The notes below the pieces were generated by a model. That model searched no databases, was not told where the DNA came from, and worked only from the letters and a program-made list of their open reading frames with translations. Source: an uncultured Holophagales bacterium (lineage in GTDB: Bacteria; Acidobacteriota; Thermoanaerobaculia; Multivoradales; UBA5704). Taken from it: a stretch of DNA of 64,000 nucleotides. Both the position numbers and the translations under genes were made by a program. This document shows, piece after piece, positions 48,234-57,724 of the stretch. The stretch's first letter is position 1, and each line of letters begins with the position of its first letter. The DNA lies in NCBI GenBank assembly GCA_963842525.1, contig CAWJGT010000003.1, positions 128,001 to 192,000 of the forward strand, written 5' to 3'.

Positions 48234-50872
48234 CGCCCGAGCGCTGGCGGCGGATCAACGAGCTGTTCGAGCAGGAAGCCGCGCTCGATCCGGCCGGGCG
48301 GGCCGCCCGCCTGGAGGCGGCCAGCGGCGGCGATCCGGAGCTTCCGGCCGAGGTCGAAAGGCTTCTCGCCGCGGACCTTCAGGCCGGCAGCTTCCTGGAG
48401 AACCTGGTCCAGTGGACCCCTGAGGAGCCATCGGCCGCCGGGGGAGACCTGCCGGCGGACCGGCAGATCGGGCCCTATCGGATCGAGCGCGAGATCGGAC
48501 AGGGCGGGATGGGCACCGTCTATCTGGCGGCACGCGCTGACGGCCTGTTCGAAAAAGAGGTGGCGGTGAAGGTCGTGCGCCGGGGCTTCGACACCGCCGA
48601 CGCCCTGCGCCGCTTCGAGCTGGAGCAACGGATCCTCGCCCGGCTGGAGCACCCCGGGATCGCCCGGCTCTATGACGCGGGCACCACCGCGGAGGGCCGG
48701 CCCTATGTTGTGATGGAGCACGTCGAGGGGCTGCCGATCCACCGCTGGTGCGAGCAGCACCGGCTCGCCGTGGCCGAGCGGCTGAAGCTCTTCCTGGAGG
48801 TCTGCGCGGCGGTCCACTACGCGCACCAGAACCTGGTGGCGCACCGTGACCTCAAGCCGAGCAATATCCTGGTCGATGCCGCCGGCCGGCCGCGGCTCCT
48901 CGACTTCGGCATCGCCAAGCTGCTCAGCCCGGAGGGTGAGGTTGCCGCCGACCTGACCCATGCGGCGCAGCGGCCCATGACCCCCGGCTACGCGAGCCCG
49001 GAGCAGATCCGCGGCGAGCCGGTGACCACGGCAAGCGACGTCTACTCCCTGGGCGTCCTCCTCTACGAGCTGCTCGCCGGCCGGCAGCCCTTCGCCCTCG
49101 CCGGCCTGTCCCCGCGCGAGATGGAACGGATCGTCTCCGAGACCGAGCCGCAGCCGCCCAGCCGGGCAGCCGGCAGCCCGGAGCTGCTTGCCGGCCGGCC
49201 TGAAGGGGCCGAACGGCTGCGGAGGTTACTGGCGGGGGACCTCGACCGCATCGTCCTCAAGGCCATGCACAAGGAGCCCGGCCGGCGCTATGCAACGGTC
49301 GATCAGCTCGCGGACGACGTCCGCCGCCATCTCACCGGCCTGCCGGTGCTCGCGCGCGGAGACTCCTTCTGGTACCGGGCCGGCAAGCTGGTGCGGCGCC
49401 ACAAGCTGGCGGCGGCCCTGGTCCTGGTCGTGACGACTGCCGGTCTGGGGACCGCGGTGCTCGCCGTGGAGAGGGCGCGCGCCCTGGAGCGAGCTACGGC
49501 CGCTCTCGTCCGCGCCGATCGCGAAGCGGCCAAGGCGCGCGAGGCGACCGATCTCCTCGTCGAGCTGTTCAAGCTGTCGGACCGCCGCGAAACCGCCGGC
49601 GAGACGGTCACCGCCCGCGAGGTCCTGCGCCAGGGGACCCAGCGCGTCGAGGCGACGATCGCGAAACAGCCCGAGATCGCGGGCGAGCTGCTCGGCACGA
49701 TCGGCCGGGTCTACCTCAACCTCGGGCTGCCGCGGGAGGCGGTGCCGGTCCTTCAGCGGGCGTTGGCCGCACACCGGCGCGCCCGCGGCCCGCGCCATCC
49801 GGACGTTGCCGCCGCTCTCGACGATCTGGCGCGGGCCCTGCGCGACGAAGGGAAATACGCGGCGGCCGAGCCCCTGGCCCGGCATGCATTGGCGCTGCGC
49901 CGCGATCTGCTGGGAGAGGACCACCCCGACGTGGCCGCGAGCCTCGGCAATCTGGGGGTGCTGCTCTTCCGGAGCGGCGAGTATCCGGCCGCCGAGGCGG
50001 CGCTCACCGAGGCGCTGGCCCTCCGCCGCCGCCTCCCCCTGAACGAACGGGTCCTGCTTGGCGACAGCCTGACCGATCTGGCCTTTCTGTACCAGGCGAA
50101 GGCGGAGTACGGCCGCGCCGAGTCCCTTTTTCGCGAGGCGGTGGAGGTCTATCGCCAGCAGCTCGGGCCGGAGCATCCGACTGTGGCGAGCGGCCTCAAC
50201 AACCTCGCCATGACGCTGTACCGCAAGGGCGATACCGCGGCGGCCGAGCCTCTTCTCCGCGAGGCGTTGCGGCTCCACCGCCGTGATCTGGGGGACGACC
50301 ACCCGGCGGTCGCCGCCTCCCTGGAGAACCTCTCCGGCATGCTCGCGGAGCGCGGCGACTTCACAGCGGCCGAGCCGCTCGCCCGCGAGGCCCTCGCTCT
50401 GCACCGGAAAACGTTGGGTGACCGGCACCCCACTGTGGCGGGAAGCATCAACAGCCTCGCCGTCCAGATCCACTCGCGCGGCGACCTCGCAGCCGCCGAG
50501 CGGCTGTTCCGCGAGGTCCTGGCGTTGCGCCGCGAGATCCTCCCCCCGGAGCATCCGGACATCGCCTCTTCGCTCCTGGGGCTCGGAGCCGTCCTGTCCG
50601 ACCGGGGCGAGGAGAAGGCCGCCGAGCCGCTCCTGCGCGAGGCGCTCGCCATCCGCCGCCGCGTGCTGCCGCCCGGCCACTGGCGCATCGCGACCGTCGA
50701 GAGCGAGCTCGGAGGCTGCCTCGCCCGCCAGCGCCGGTGGCAGGAAGCGAGGCCGCTGCTGGTCGACAGCTACTCCCGGCTGCGCCAGGCGTTCGGCGCC
50801 GAGAACCAGCACACGCGGCGGGCCTTCGCCCATCTCGCGCGGCTCACCGCTTCTTCCCCCCCAGGGGGTTGA
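48230..50872 (+). CDS. Membrane Ser/Thr protein kinase with TPR repeats
   Basis: GQGGMGTV, HRDLKPSN, DFG, TPGYASPEQ, TM helix, kinesin-light-chain-like TPRs. Confidence 0.95.
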   Translation: MTPERWRRINELFEQEAALDPAGRAARLEAASGGDPELPAEVERLLAADLQAGSFLENLVQWTPEEPSAAGGDLPADRQIGPYRIEREIGQGGMGTVYLAARADGLFEKEVAVKVVRRGFDTADALRRFELEQRILARLEHPGIARLYDAGTTAEGRPYVVMEHVEGLPIHRWCEQHRLAVAERLKLFLEVCAAVHYAHQNLVAHRDLKPSNILVDAAGRPRLLDFGIAKLLSPEGEVAADLTHAAQRPMTPGYASPEQIRGEPVTTASDVYSLGVLLYELLAGRQPFALAGLSPREMERIVSETEPQPPSRAAGSPELLAGRPEGAERLRRLLAGDLDRIVLKAMHKEPGRRYATVDQLADDVRRHLTGLPVLARGDSFWYRAGKLVRRHKLAAALVLVVTTAGLGTAVLAVERARALERATAALVRADREAAKAREATDLLVELFKLSDRRETAGETVTAREVLRQGTQRVEATIAKQPEIAGELLGTIGRVYLNLGLPREAVPVLQRALAAHRRARGPRHPDVAAALDDLARALRDEGKYAAAEPLARHALALRRDLLGEDHPDVAASLGNLGVLLFRSGEYPAAEAALTEALALRRRLPLNERVLLGDSLTDLAFLYQAKAEYGRAESLFREAVEVYRQQLGPEHPTVASGLNNLAMTLYRKGDTAAAEPLLREALRLHRRDLGDDHPAVAASLENLSGMLAERGDFTAAEPLAREALALHRKTLGDRHPTVAGSINSLAVQIHSRGDLAAAERLFREVLALRREILPPEHPDIASSLLGLGAVLSDRGEEKAAEPLLREALAIRRRVLPPGHWRIATVESELGGCLARQRRWQEARPLLVDSYSRLRQAFGAENQHTRRAFAHLARLTASSPPGG

Positions 50873-50879
50873 GGGGTTC

Positions 50880-51560
50880 TTATTGCAGGCCGCCCCACCT
50901 CTCGATCAGCACCTGGACATCCGACAGCCCGACCAAGCCGTCCTGATCGAGATCGAAGGGGCATTTCTGGTTCAGGTGGGCCGCGACGATCTGCTGGTCT
51001 TCCAGGTCCACCGTGCCGTTGCCATCGAAGTCGACGTTGGGATAGCCGGTGCCCGCCGGCCCGAAGAAGCAGGCCACGAGAGCGACGTCGTGCAACGTGA
51101 CGACGCCGCTGTTGTCGACGTCGAGGCCCGGATCGCGGGCGTCCCACTTGCCGTTCAGATTGGCGTCGATGAAACAGTTGCCATAGCCGGCGAGCAGGGC
51201 CACCAAGTCGCGGCAGTCGATGACCCCGTCGCCGGACAGATCGGCGCCGGCTTCCGCGCACGAGCCCCAGTGCCCGAGCACGAAGGCGCGGTCGAAGCAC
51301 CCCACGACGCCGTCATGGTTCACGTCGGCGGCCATGCCCGGGGCTGCGGAGCCCCAGTCTTTGACGACCAGCCCCAGATCCGCGGCATCGACGACGCCGT
51401 CTCCATTCACGTCCGCGGAGAGGACACAGTGTCCGCCCGGGCAGTCGGGCCCGGTGAGCTTGAGGGTACAAACGGTCGGTGCCGCCAGCGCGCAGGTGGG
51501 TGCGAAGAGGACGATCAGGACCGGGAGGGCGGCAGGGAACATTTGGATCTTGGGTGTCAT
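50880..51560 (-). CDS. Secreted dockerin/EF-hand-like repeat protein
   Basis: Signal peptide; about seven DxNGDGxV-like repeats with Cys. Confidence 0.8.
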   Translation of the reverse strand: MTPKIQMFPAALPVLIVLFAPTCALAAPTVCTLKLTGPDCPGGHCVLSADVNGDGVVDAADLGLVVKDWGSAAPGMAADVNHDGVVGCFDRAFVLGHWGSCAEAGADLSGDGVIDCRDLVALLAGYGNCFIDANLNGKWDARDPGLDVDNSGVVTLHDVALVACFFGPAGTGYPNVDFDGNGTVDLEDQQIVAAHLNQKCPFDLDQDGLVGLSDVQVLIERWGGLQ

Positions 51561-51669
51561 CGCGTCTCCTTTCCTACAAGGGTGCCTGGCAGATGGCCGA
51601 GCGCGCCCCCACTCTCATCAGCGGAGAACGCTGGCGAGAGGGATCATGGGGGTGCTAGAATCGCTGCAT

Positions 51670-52879
51670 GATGGCACGAGCGTTGGCCGCCACCCTGCAG
51701 ATCACCTTCCTGGCTCTCCTCGCCGGGCCGGCTGGCGCTGCGCCGCCTCCGGTGCCACGAGGCGCCGAGATCCGTGTCAACACCGACACGCAGGTCTCTC
51801 ACTTCAACCCCTCCGTCGCCGTCTTCCCGGACAGCCGCTTCGTGGTCGTCTGGTCGGCGACCTCCGGAGCGCGGGCGCGGTTTTTCGACAGCCAGGGAAG
51901 ACCGACGAGCGGCGAGCGCCGCCTCGCGGTCAGCGGGATCGTCGATCAGGTCGTCGCGGACCGTGACGGCAGCTTCCTCGTGGTCTGGAGTGGGGGCACG
52001 GGCCCCGCGCTTGGCGTCTACGTACGCCGCTTCAACCGAGACGGCATGCCGCGGGGCAAGGCGATCCGCGCCAACGCGCCCAGCACATCCAGCCGGTTTG
52101 ACGCCGTGGCCGCCATCGGACCGGATGGCCGCTTCGCAGTCGCCTGGAAAGCGCAGGTCGACGTGTCCGAGGAGAGCGGCTATACCAACGCCGTGGCGCG
52201 GATCTTCACCGCCAAGGGGACCCCCGTCACGCCGGAGATCCTCCTTCTCGAAGGCGATGCCGCCGGCGCTGCCGGAGACGACGCCATCGACGCCTATCCG
52301 ACCAGCCTGGCCCTGACACCCGACGGCACCCTGGCGGCGCTGGTCCAGTCCTTTGAGTCGAGCGGCTGTCTCAATAGCTACCTGATACGGGTGCCTTCGG
52401 CGGGTGGGTCCCTCAGCTCGCAAGCTCTGGGCTCGATCCTCTGCGCGCCGGACTATTTCGGCTCGTCTCTGGCCATGGGACTGGATGGCAGCCTGGTCGC
52501 CACCTGGAGCGACTTCTCGATTCGGGCCCAGCGATTCTCTCCGGACGGAACCCCCCGGGGCCAGTACTTTGGGGTCAGCACCGGGCAAGATGGTCAGACC
52601 GACGCGGCGGTCGCTCTGCAGGCCGGCGGGAGCTTCGTCGTCGCCTGGGCCGAGCCGTTCGGGCGGGACGGGGACGGCAGCGGCATCTTCGGCCGCGCCT
52701 TTGCTCCCAATGGAGCACCGCGCACGCAGGACTTCCGGATCAACGTCACGACGGCCGGCAACCAGCACGATCCGGCGATCGCCGCGGCCCGTCAAGGTCC
52801 TGTCCTGGTCGTCTGGACCCAACTGACTCCGGATGGCCGGAGCGACGTCTTCGCGCGCGTGCTCTCGGCGAAGCCATAG
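51670..52879 (+). CDS. Secreted repeat protein (beta-propeller-like)
   Basis: Signal peptide; repeated P.VA...DG.F.VVW...RRF..DG.P.G units. Confidence 0.8.
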
Positions 52880-52975
52880 CCGAGCGGCGCCGCACCCACC
52901 GCGCGGGCTCGCCGCGCAGCCTCACAGCATGCACGAAGGATCCGGCCAGCTATGCCGCGCAAGCCGATCCGCCGT

Positions 52976-53356
52976 GGATAACGATATCCGGCGCAGATAA
53001 GCTTATCCGAGCCAGTGTAAGCTTATCCGCCGATCAGATAAGCTTATCCGCCGTGGATAACACTATCCGGCGCGGATAAGCTTATCCACCGCGGATAACA
53101 CTATCTGGCGCAGATAAGCTTATCCGTGGCAGATAAGCTTATCCGGCGTGGATAACGGTATCCGGCGCAGATAAGCTTATCCGCCACGGATAACACTATC
53201 TGGCGTGGATAAGCTTATCTGGGCCAGTGTAAGCTTATCTGGCGCAGATAAGCTTATCTGCCGTGGATAACACTATCCGGCGCGAACTAAGCTTATCCGT
53301 GGCAGATACATTTATCCGACATGGATTACGGTATCCGGCGCGGATGGCGTGATCCG
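52976..53356. repeat. Tandem array, ~20 x 19 bp: palindrome RGATAAGCTTATCY plus 5-bp GC-rich spacer
   Basis: Units counted directly; almost no ORF-track coverage. Confidence 0.92.
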
Positions 53357-53474
53357 GGCCGGCTCAAGCAGATCTGTCGCAGATATCAGCATCCCACTCA
53401 TCTCGCCAGCCGGCGATTTAGCTCCTCTTTACAGCTACAGGAGTTTGACGCGAGAGGAGGCGTGGAAAGGGCCC

Positions 53475-53520
53475 GTGCACGCCGATCCCTGCGGCAGGGC
53501 GAGTGCAGCGAGGGTTAGGC
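53475..53520 (-). mobile_element. Partial attC-like site
   Basis: GCCTAAC (RYYYAAC) 25 bp after the stop codon, followed by a hairpin; no matching GTT R' box found. Confidence 0.45.
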
Positions 53521-53545
53521 GGCCAGTCACGAGCATAGGAGAAGG

Positions 53546-53902
53546 TCAGTCGATAGCTTCGAGGATGGCGTCCATCGGCAGACGGACAGCAGTAAGCAGC
53601 CAGGCGCAAAGTGCGAACGCACAAAGAATAGTCCCGCCAGACACCAGGACAGCGTAGAGAAGGGATGGTCGAGACCTTTTGAGGATGTCGATTGCAAGGA
53701 TGGCGAAGGGTGCCAACAGGAGCCACCACCACTTGTAGGTTGCGACGAAGAACCGGGTGAGCGTAGGGAGTGGCGCGGCGAGCCCGGTTAGAAGTTTGTC
53801 AAAGTCGGGGGCATACCAATATGTGAAACCGAGAACGAAGAGAAGAGACAGGAATGCGGCCGCGAGAAGGGCCGAGGCGACGATCCTGTGTGGCTGGCTC
53901 AT
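53546..53902 (-). CDS. Small 3-TM hypothetical protein (cassette-like)
   Basis: Hydrophobic segments around LPTLTRF; lower GC. Confidence 0.7.
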   Translation of the reverse strand: MSQPHRIVASALLAAAFLSLLFVLGFTYWYAPDFDKLLTGLAAPLPTLTRFFVATYKWWWLLLAPFAILAIDILKRSRPSLLYAVLVSGGTILCAFALCAWLLTAVRLPMDAILEAID

Positions 53903-53959
53903 AGCAGTGCGCTCTCGGTCCGCAATAACGTCACGTGGGGGCACGATTGATCCCTGGCC

Positions 53960-54033
53960 GCCTTACGCGCAGATGGTGAGCGGCGGGAACCACGCTGTTT
54001 GCGGTTTCCGTCCGCTCGACCGTGGGGTTATGC
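53960..54033 (-). mobile_element. attC-like integron cassette recombination site
   Basis: R'' GCATAAC 5 bp after the TIR stop. Stem GTGAGCGG-CGGGAACC pairs with GGTTTCCG-T-CCGCTC-G-AC with bulged T and G. R' is degenerate (GTAAGGC). Confidence 0.7.
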
Positions 54034-54038
54034 GTCCC

Positions 54039-55034
54039 CTACTTGGTTGGCTCGTTCGGTTCTTCGGATTCATCGTCTACTGCACCCCTCAGCCGGCGCC
54101 CCTCGTACCTGTGCAGCAAGTGATCGAGCATCATTGGAAGCTCCATCATCATCATGTGCGCTTCTTTCGAGGAACCGCCGAACTCTTCCATAAAAGGGCC
54201 ACGGCTAACATATTTGACAACCCGCCGCAGGCGCTCGATCGCTCTCTGCGCTGCCTTGGGATCGCCGTCCTTGACATCACGATAAGCCTCCATGATGATC
54301 TCATAGAGCCAAGGATAGTCGTCTCGCAGAAGGCCACCGAACATGAGCAATGCAACAGGATCCTCTCCGTCTTCAGACATCATATGTGCCATTTCGTCGA
54401 ACATCATAGGATGAAACCTTCGACGGCGGCGTGATCGCGGAGCCTGTTCGGAAACTATACCCTCAAGATCGCGAAAACGCGAGTCGAGGCCCCGCACACT
54501 AGTAACAAGCTCTTCAAGGATCTCGTGATGAGGCCGCATATGTCTTTCAGTCGGGGCTTCCTTCGGAATGCCAGCCAACCGCTTTTCAAGCTCCGGCCAC
54601 AAAGCGGCGAATAACTGTTTAACGCGGTCGTCGGGAATCGCTTGGTCCGTGGCATGGTTTATCGACTGAACCACCTCGCCCAGTCCGCTCCTTTCGACTT
54701 TTTTGGCTTGAAACTGCGCAAGTGGTCCCGTAATGTCACTGAACTCAAGATTGAAGAGAAGAGGAATGACCTTGGCACCCTGCATCGACTTCGCAAGGGC
54801 TCCGGCCTCAAACAACACCCAAGGCGAACCGACGTTCTCCGGAGTCACACATATTACTCCAAAGTTCGATGCTTCCAACTCTTTTGCCACAGCTTGTGCC
54901 CAGCGGTCTCCGGCAGACACATCCGCCTCAGAGAGCCAAGGCTCCACATAATGGAGTACGAGCGGGAACCACTCCCGTAATGCCTGCGCGAGCGCTTGGC
55001 TACGCTCTCCGCTCCAACTAATGAATAGCTTCAT
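54039..55034 (-). CDS. TIR-domain protein with unknown C-terminal domain
   Basis: MKLFISWSGERS, GDRW, SPWVLFEAGAL, GPLAQFQ; lower GC than the flanks. Confidence 0.9.
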   Translation of the reverse strand: MKLFISWSGERSQALAQALREWFPLVLHYVEPWLSEADVSAGDRWAQAVAKELEASNFGVICVTPENVGSPWVLFEAGALAKSMQGAKVIPLLFNLEFSDITGPLAQFQAKKVERSGLGEVVQSINHATDQAIPDDRVKQLFAALWPELEKRLAGIPKEAPTERHMRPHHEILEELVTSVRGLDSRFRDLEGIVSEQAPRSRRRRRFHPMMFDEMAHMMSEDGEDPVALLMFGGLLRDDYPWLYEIIMEAYRDVKDGDPKAAQRAIERLRRVVKYVSRGPFMEEFGGSSKEAHMMMMELPMMLDHLLHRYEGRRLRGAVDDESEEPNEPTK

Positions 55035-55064
55035 GTAGGTTCCTCGCTTAACCGCATCGGTTCA

Positions 55065-55193
55065 CGCCGCATAATAAGCGTCTATCCGGGGTCCTCCCAC
55101 AACACAGCTCCGGAGTCCACCACCTTCTCAGGGGAGGACCGCGGATAGACGCACGAGGAGCGACAGCCTTCAGGGCTTCTACGCGCCGCATAA
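55065..55193. repeat. Long hairpin flanked by 10-bp direct repeats CGCCGCATAA
   Basis: Direct repeats at 55065 and 55184; inverted repeat CGTCTATCCGGGGTCCTCCC / GGGAGGACCGCGGATAGACG. Confidence 0.75.
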
Positions 55194-55283
55194 GAGTCCC
55201 TGGCTCGTCGCGTCCTTGCCCGTAACTTGTTCTCGCGCCTCAACTTGAAGAAGGATACGCCTCCGCCTTGAGAGAGTCAACGC
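55158..55283 (-). promoter_or_regulatory. Sigma70-type promoter plus attI-like module, copy B
   Basis: TTGACT-17 bp-TATCCT, AAGTTGAGG, GTTACGG, CTTATGCGGCGCGTAGAAGCCCT; homologous to 4321-4447. Confidence 0.6.
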
Positions 55284-55727
55284 GACTGGTGAAGGGCGAT
55301 AAGGCACCCGGAGGGGGCTTCTCCGTCTCCGGAAGACGGATACGATGCTCTGCCCTTGCTCAAAGGGTAGACCTATCTCTATGGCTCTCCGGGAGATCGT
55401 GCCACCCAGACGGACGCCCGCCGGCGTCTTCTGCGTATTGACTACAGGAAACGTCTCGTTGACTCGGGTCCGTGAGACCTCGAGTGCGGTGCGCGGCAGG
55501 CTCAGCGAAGCTGCGATGCCGCTGAGCCCGGTGCCGTACGCTCTCGGCGGAGACAGTGCTCCGCCGTGAACGGACGGCGTGGCCGATAGTGCGCTGAGGA
55601 GAGGTTCGAGCGCGGTCCGCGCGCGACCGAGCGCAGTTGGCACGTCCCGGCGCGATCTACGGCCGCACCTATTCTCAGCTGCAGCCGCACCGAGATCGAC
55701 TGGTCGAGCCGCGTGGAAAACCGCAAC

Positions 55728-56414
55728 TTAGTCGGCGGTCTCGAACGAGCCCTCGAAGATCGTCTGGTTGCCGTTCTTCTCGATGGTCAAGACCTCGAAG
55801 CCGTACTCCCTGCCGGGGCGGAGGATCTCGGGCGGCACGCGCAGGTGAGTCAGCCAGGCCGGGACCTTGATCGACATCTCGGCGATGCCATCCCCCGAGA
55901 CGATCACTTCGTAGCCAGCGATCTCGACCCCCGCCGGGCTGGTCACCGGCTCCCAGTTGATCACCGTGTTCGTGCGGTCCTGCGGCACGCCCTCCTGCGG
56001 CGTGAGGATGTTGGGTGCACCCGGGATGCGGTGGCTGAATCGGGCCTTGGCCCGGACCCTCTCGCCGTCCTCCGACCTGCCCTCGAAGGTGTAGAGACCC
56101 TCCGGGAAGAGCGCGAAGAGCTCTGCGAGCGGCAACTCGTCGAGCGATGGCTCCTCGCCCTCCACGAAGAGCTCGCTCAGGCCGATCTCGCCGAGGGCGT
56201 TGACGCCGGCGACGTTGAAGATGACCCGGCCCTGGGGATCGGTGATGCGGATCGACTCCCACTCGCCGTCGAGGAAGATGTGGACTCCTACGTCCTGGTC
56301 GGTGTCGTTGAACTCGATGAAGATCTTGGCTTCCTCCAGGGTCGCCGCGGCCAAGGGTGTGGCGAGGAGGGCGAACGAAGCGATGAATAGGAATCCTCGT
56401 GCTGCTTTCTTCAT
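55728..56414 (-). CDS. Secreted hypothetical protein
   Basis: AGGAGG RBS, signal peptide, IFIEFNDTDQDVGVHIFLDGE, FN3-like C-terminus. Confidence 0.8.
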   Translation of the reverse strand: MKKAARGFLFIASFALLATPLAAATLEEAKIFIEFNDTDQDVGVHIFLDGEWESIRITDPQGRVIFNVAGVNALGEIGLSELFVEGEEPSLDELPLAELFALFPEGLYTFEGRSEDGERVRAKARFSHRIPGAPNILTPQEGVPQDRTNTVINWEPVTSPAGVEIAGYEVIVSGDGIAEMSIKVPAWLTHLRVPPEILRPGREYGFEVLTIEKNGNQTIFEGSFETAD

Positions 56415-56510
56415 GGCGTAGGCCTCCTTTTGCGGTCACTGGGCGCCGATCTTCGACACCCACCTCCTTGGATGCGCCAGCAGGCAGAATCCTTCGCCTT
56501 CAGCAGGTTT

Positions 56511-56613
56511 GAGGCACTGTAAGTAGCAGGGCGGTCCCTCCGCTCCGTGGTGGGGCGGGGGAGAGAGCCGCCTCGAAGGCGGTGCCTCATGATGGCACCG
56601 CTGGATGTCGTGC
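56511..56613. repeat. ~100-bp structured direct repeat, copy 1
   Basis: GAGGCACTGTAAG...GTGCCTCATGATG..CACCGCTGGATG; matches 57283-57385. Confidence 0.8.
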
Positions 56614-56904
56614 CACAAGAAACTCCAGGCACCTATTCTCAGGCACCTATTCTCCCGGTAAACAGATACACCCCCAGGCACCCCTTGGGGGAGCACCATT
56701 ACGACCGTCCTGCATAACTTGCCCAGGTGGGGAGTGGCTCAGTGGGGCAGGAGCGGCCATAGGGACGAGTTGTCCTGATGAGGCTGAAGGCTCCTGCCAG
56801 AGCATCTCAGAATGGAACCGTCGGACACGAAGCGGAGGACGACTCGGCCAGCGCTGGCCGTCCCGACTTGATGAAGAGCATGTTCTTCGTGGAGGGCTGC
56901 TGGC

Positions 56905-57228
56905 TCAGGCGGCGCGGGACTCGAACAGGATCTCCTCGTCTGCCGGGCTGACGAAGCTATACCCTCCGAGCTCGGCGATCTGATCCTCGGTCAAGCCGGT
57001 CAGGAGCATGACGATGTGAGCCCACATCGGTCCGTGCCTCTCGTCAAGAGGCCCGCTCGTGTCGAAGGCCACGAAGACACTGGAGGCCGGTAGTTGTGCA
57101 GATTCCCTAGCCGTCAGCATCGCTCGAGTCTGCGGGCTGAGTTGGAACGTGGCCCCGTTCATCTGCTTCCCGACGTCAACGACGATTTGCGACGTGACGA
57201 ACCTCCGGACGGTGTCCTGACGCAACAA
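56905..57228 (-). CDS. Hypothetical protein
   Basis: 107-aa ORF between the two repeats; start uncertain. Confidence 0.55.
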   Translation of the reverse strand: MLRQDTVRRFVTSQIVVDVGKQMNGATFQLSPQTRAMLTARESAQLPASSVFVAFDTSGPLDERHGPMWAHIVMLLTGLTEDQIAELGGYSFVSPADEEILFESRAA

Positions 57229-57282
57229 GTCTAGTACAGCGGCCTTGCGCGCGGCTAGGTCCGGTATTATGTGGGACTGATC

Positions 57283-57385
57283 GAGGCACTGTAAGAGGCA
57301 GGAGGCGGTCCCTTCGCTCCGTGGGGCGGGGGAGAGGGCCGCCTCGAAGAAGGTGCCTCATGATGCGCACCGCTGGATGCCGTGC
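57283..57385. repeat. ~100-bp structured direct repeat, copy 2
   Basis: See copy 1. Confidence 0.8.
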
Positions 57386-57487
57386 TGCCCTCCTGTCCGT
57401 CGCTCTCGCTCTGCTGGTCATCCCCACCCTCCTGCCGTAGCTCCGATCGTGCTTGCATTTTGCAGTCAACGGTGTCAGGATGCTGGC

Positions 57488-57724
57488 ATGAGTGTACAGA
57501 TCACCATCCGTGACGTGCCGGACGCGGTGAGGGATGAGCTCGCCTCGCGGGCAGCTCTACAAGGCAAGTCGATGCAGGAATACCTGCGTGTCGAGTTGGA
57601 ACGCCTGGCCGCACGCCCTCCGGTCGAGAAGGTGCTCGAGCGGATCCGGGAGCGCAAGGCGACGGCAGGAGTCAGGCTCTCTCCGGAAGAGATCCTGGGC
57701 CACCGTGACGCGGACCGCCGGTGA
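57488..57724 (+). CDS. FitA/VapB-like RHH antitoxin
   Basis: QITIRDVPDAVRDELASRAALQGKSMQEYL; GTGA coupling to the toxin. Confidence 0.85.
   Translation: MSVQITIRDVPDAVRDELASRAALQGKSMQEYLRVELERLAARPPVEKVLERIRERKATAGVRLSPEEILGHRDADRR

Noticed and set aside
52976-53356. CRISPR array or oriC
   Set aside because: Spacers are only ~5 bp and recur; no cas genes. DnaA-box-like matches are partial, and there is no dnaA or unwinding element.
55179-55643. 154-aa ORF
   Set aside because: It runs through the promoter/att-like module that is conserved as non-coding DNA at 4321; no protein motif.
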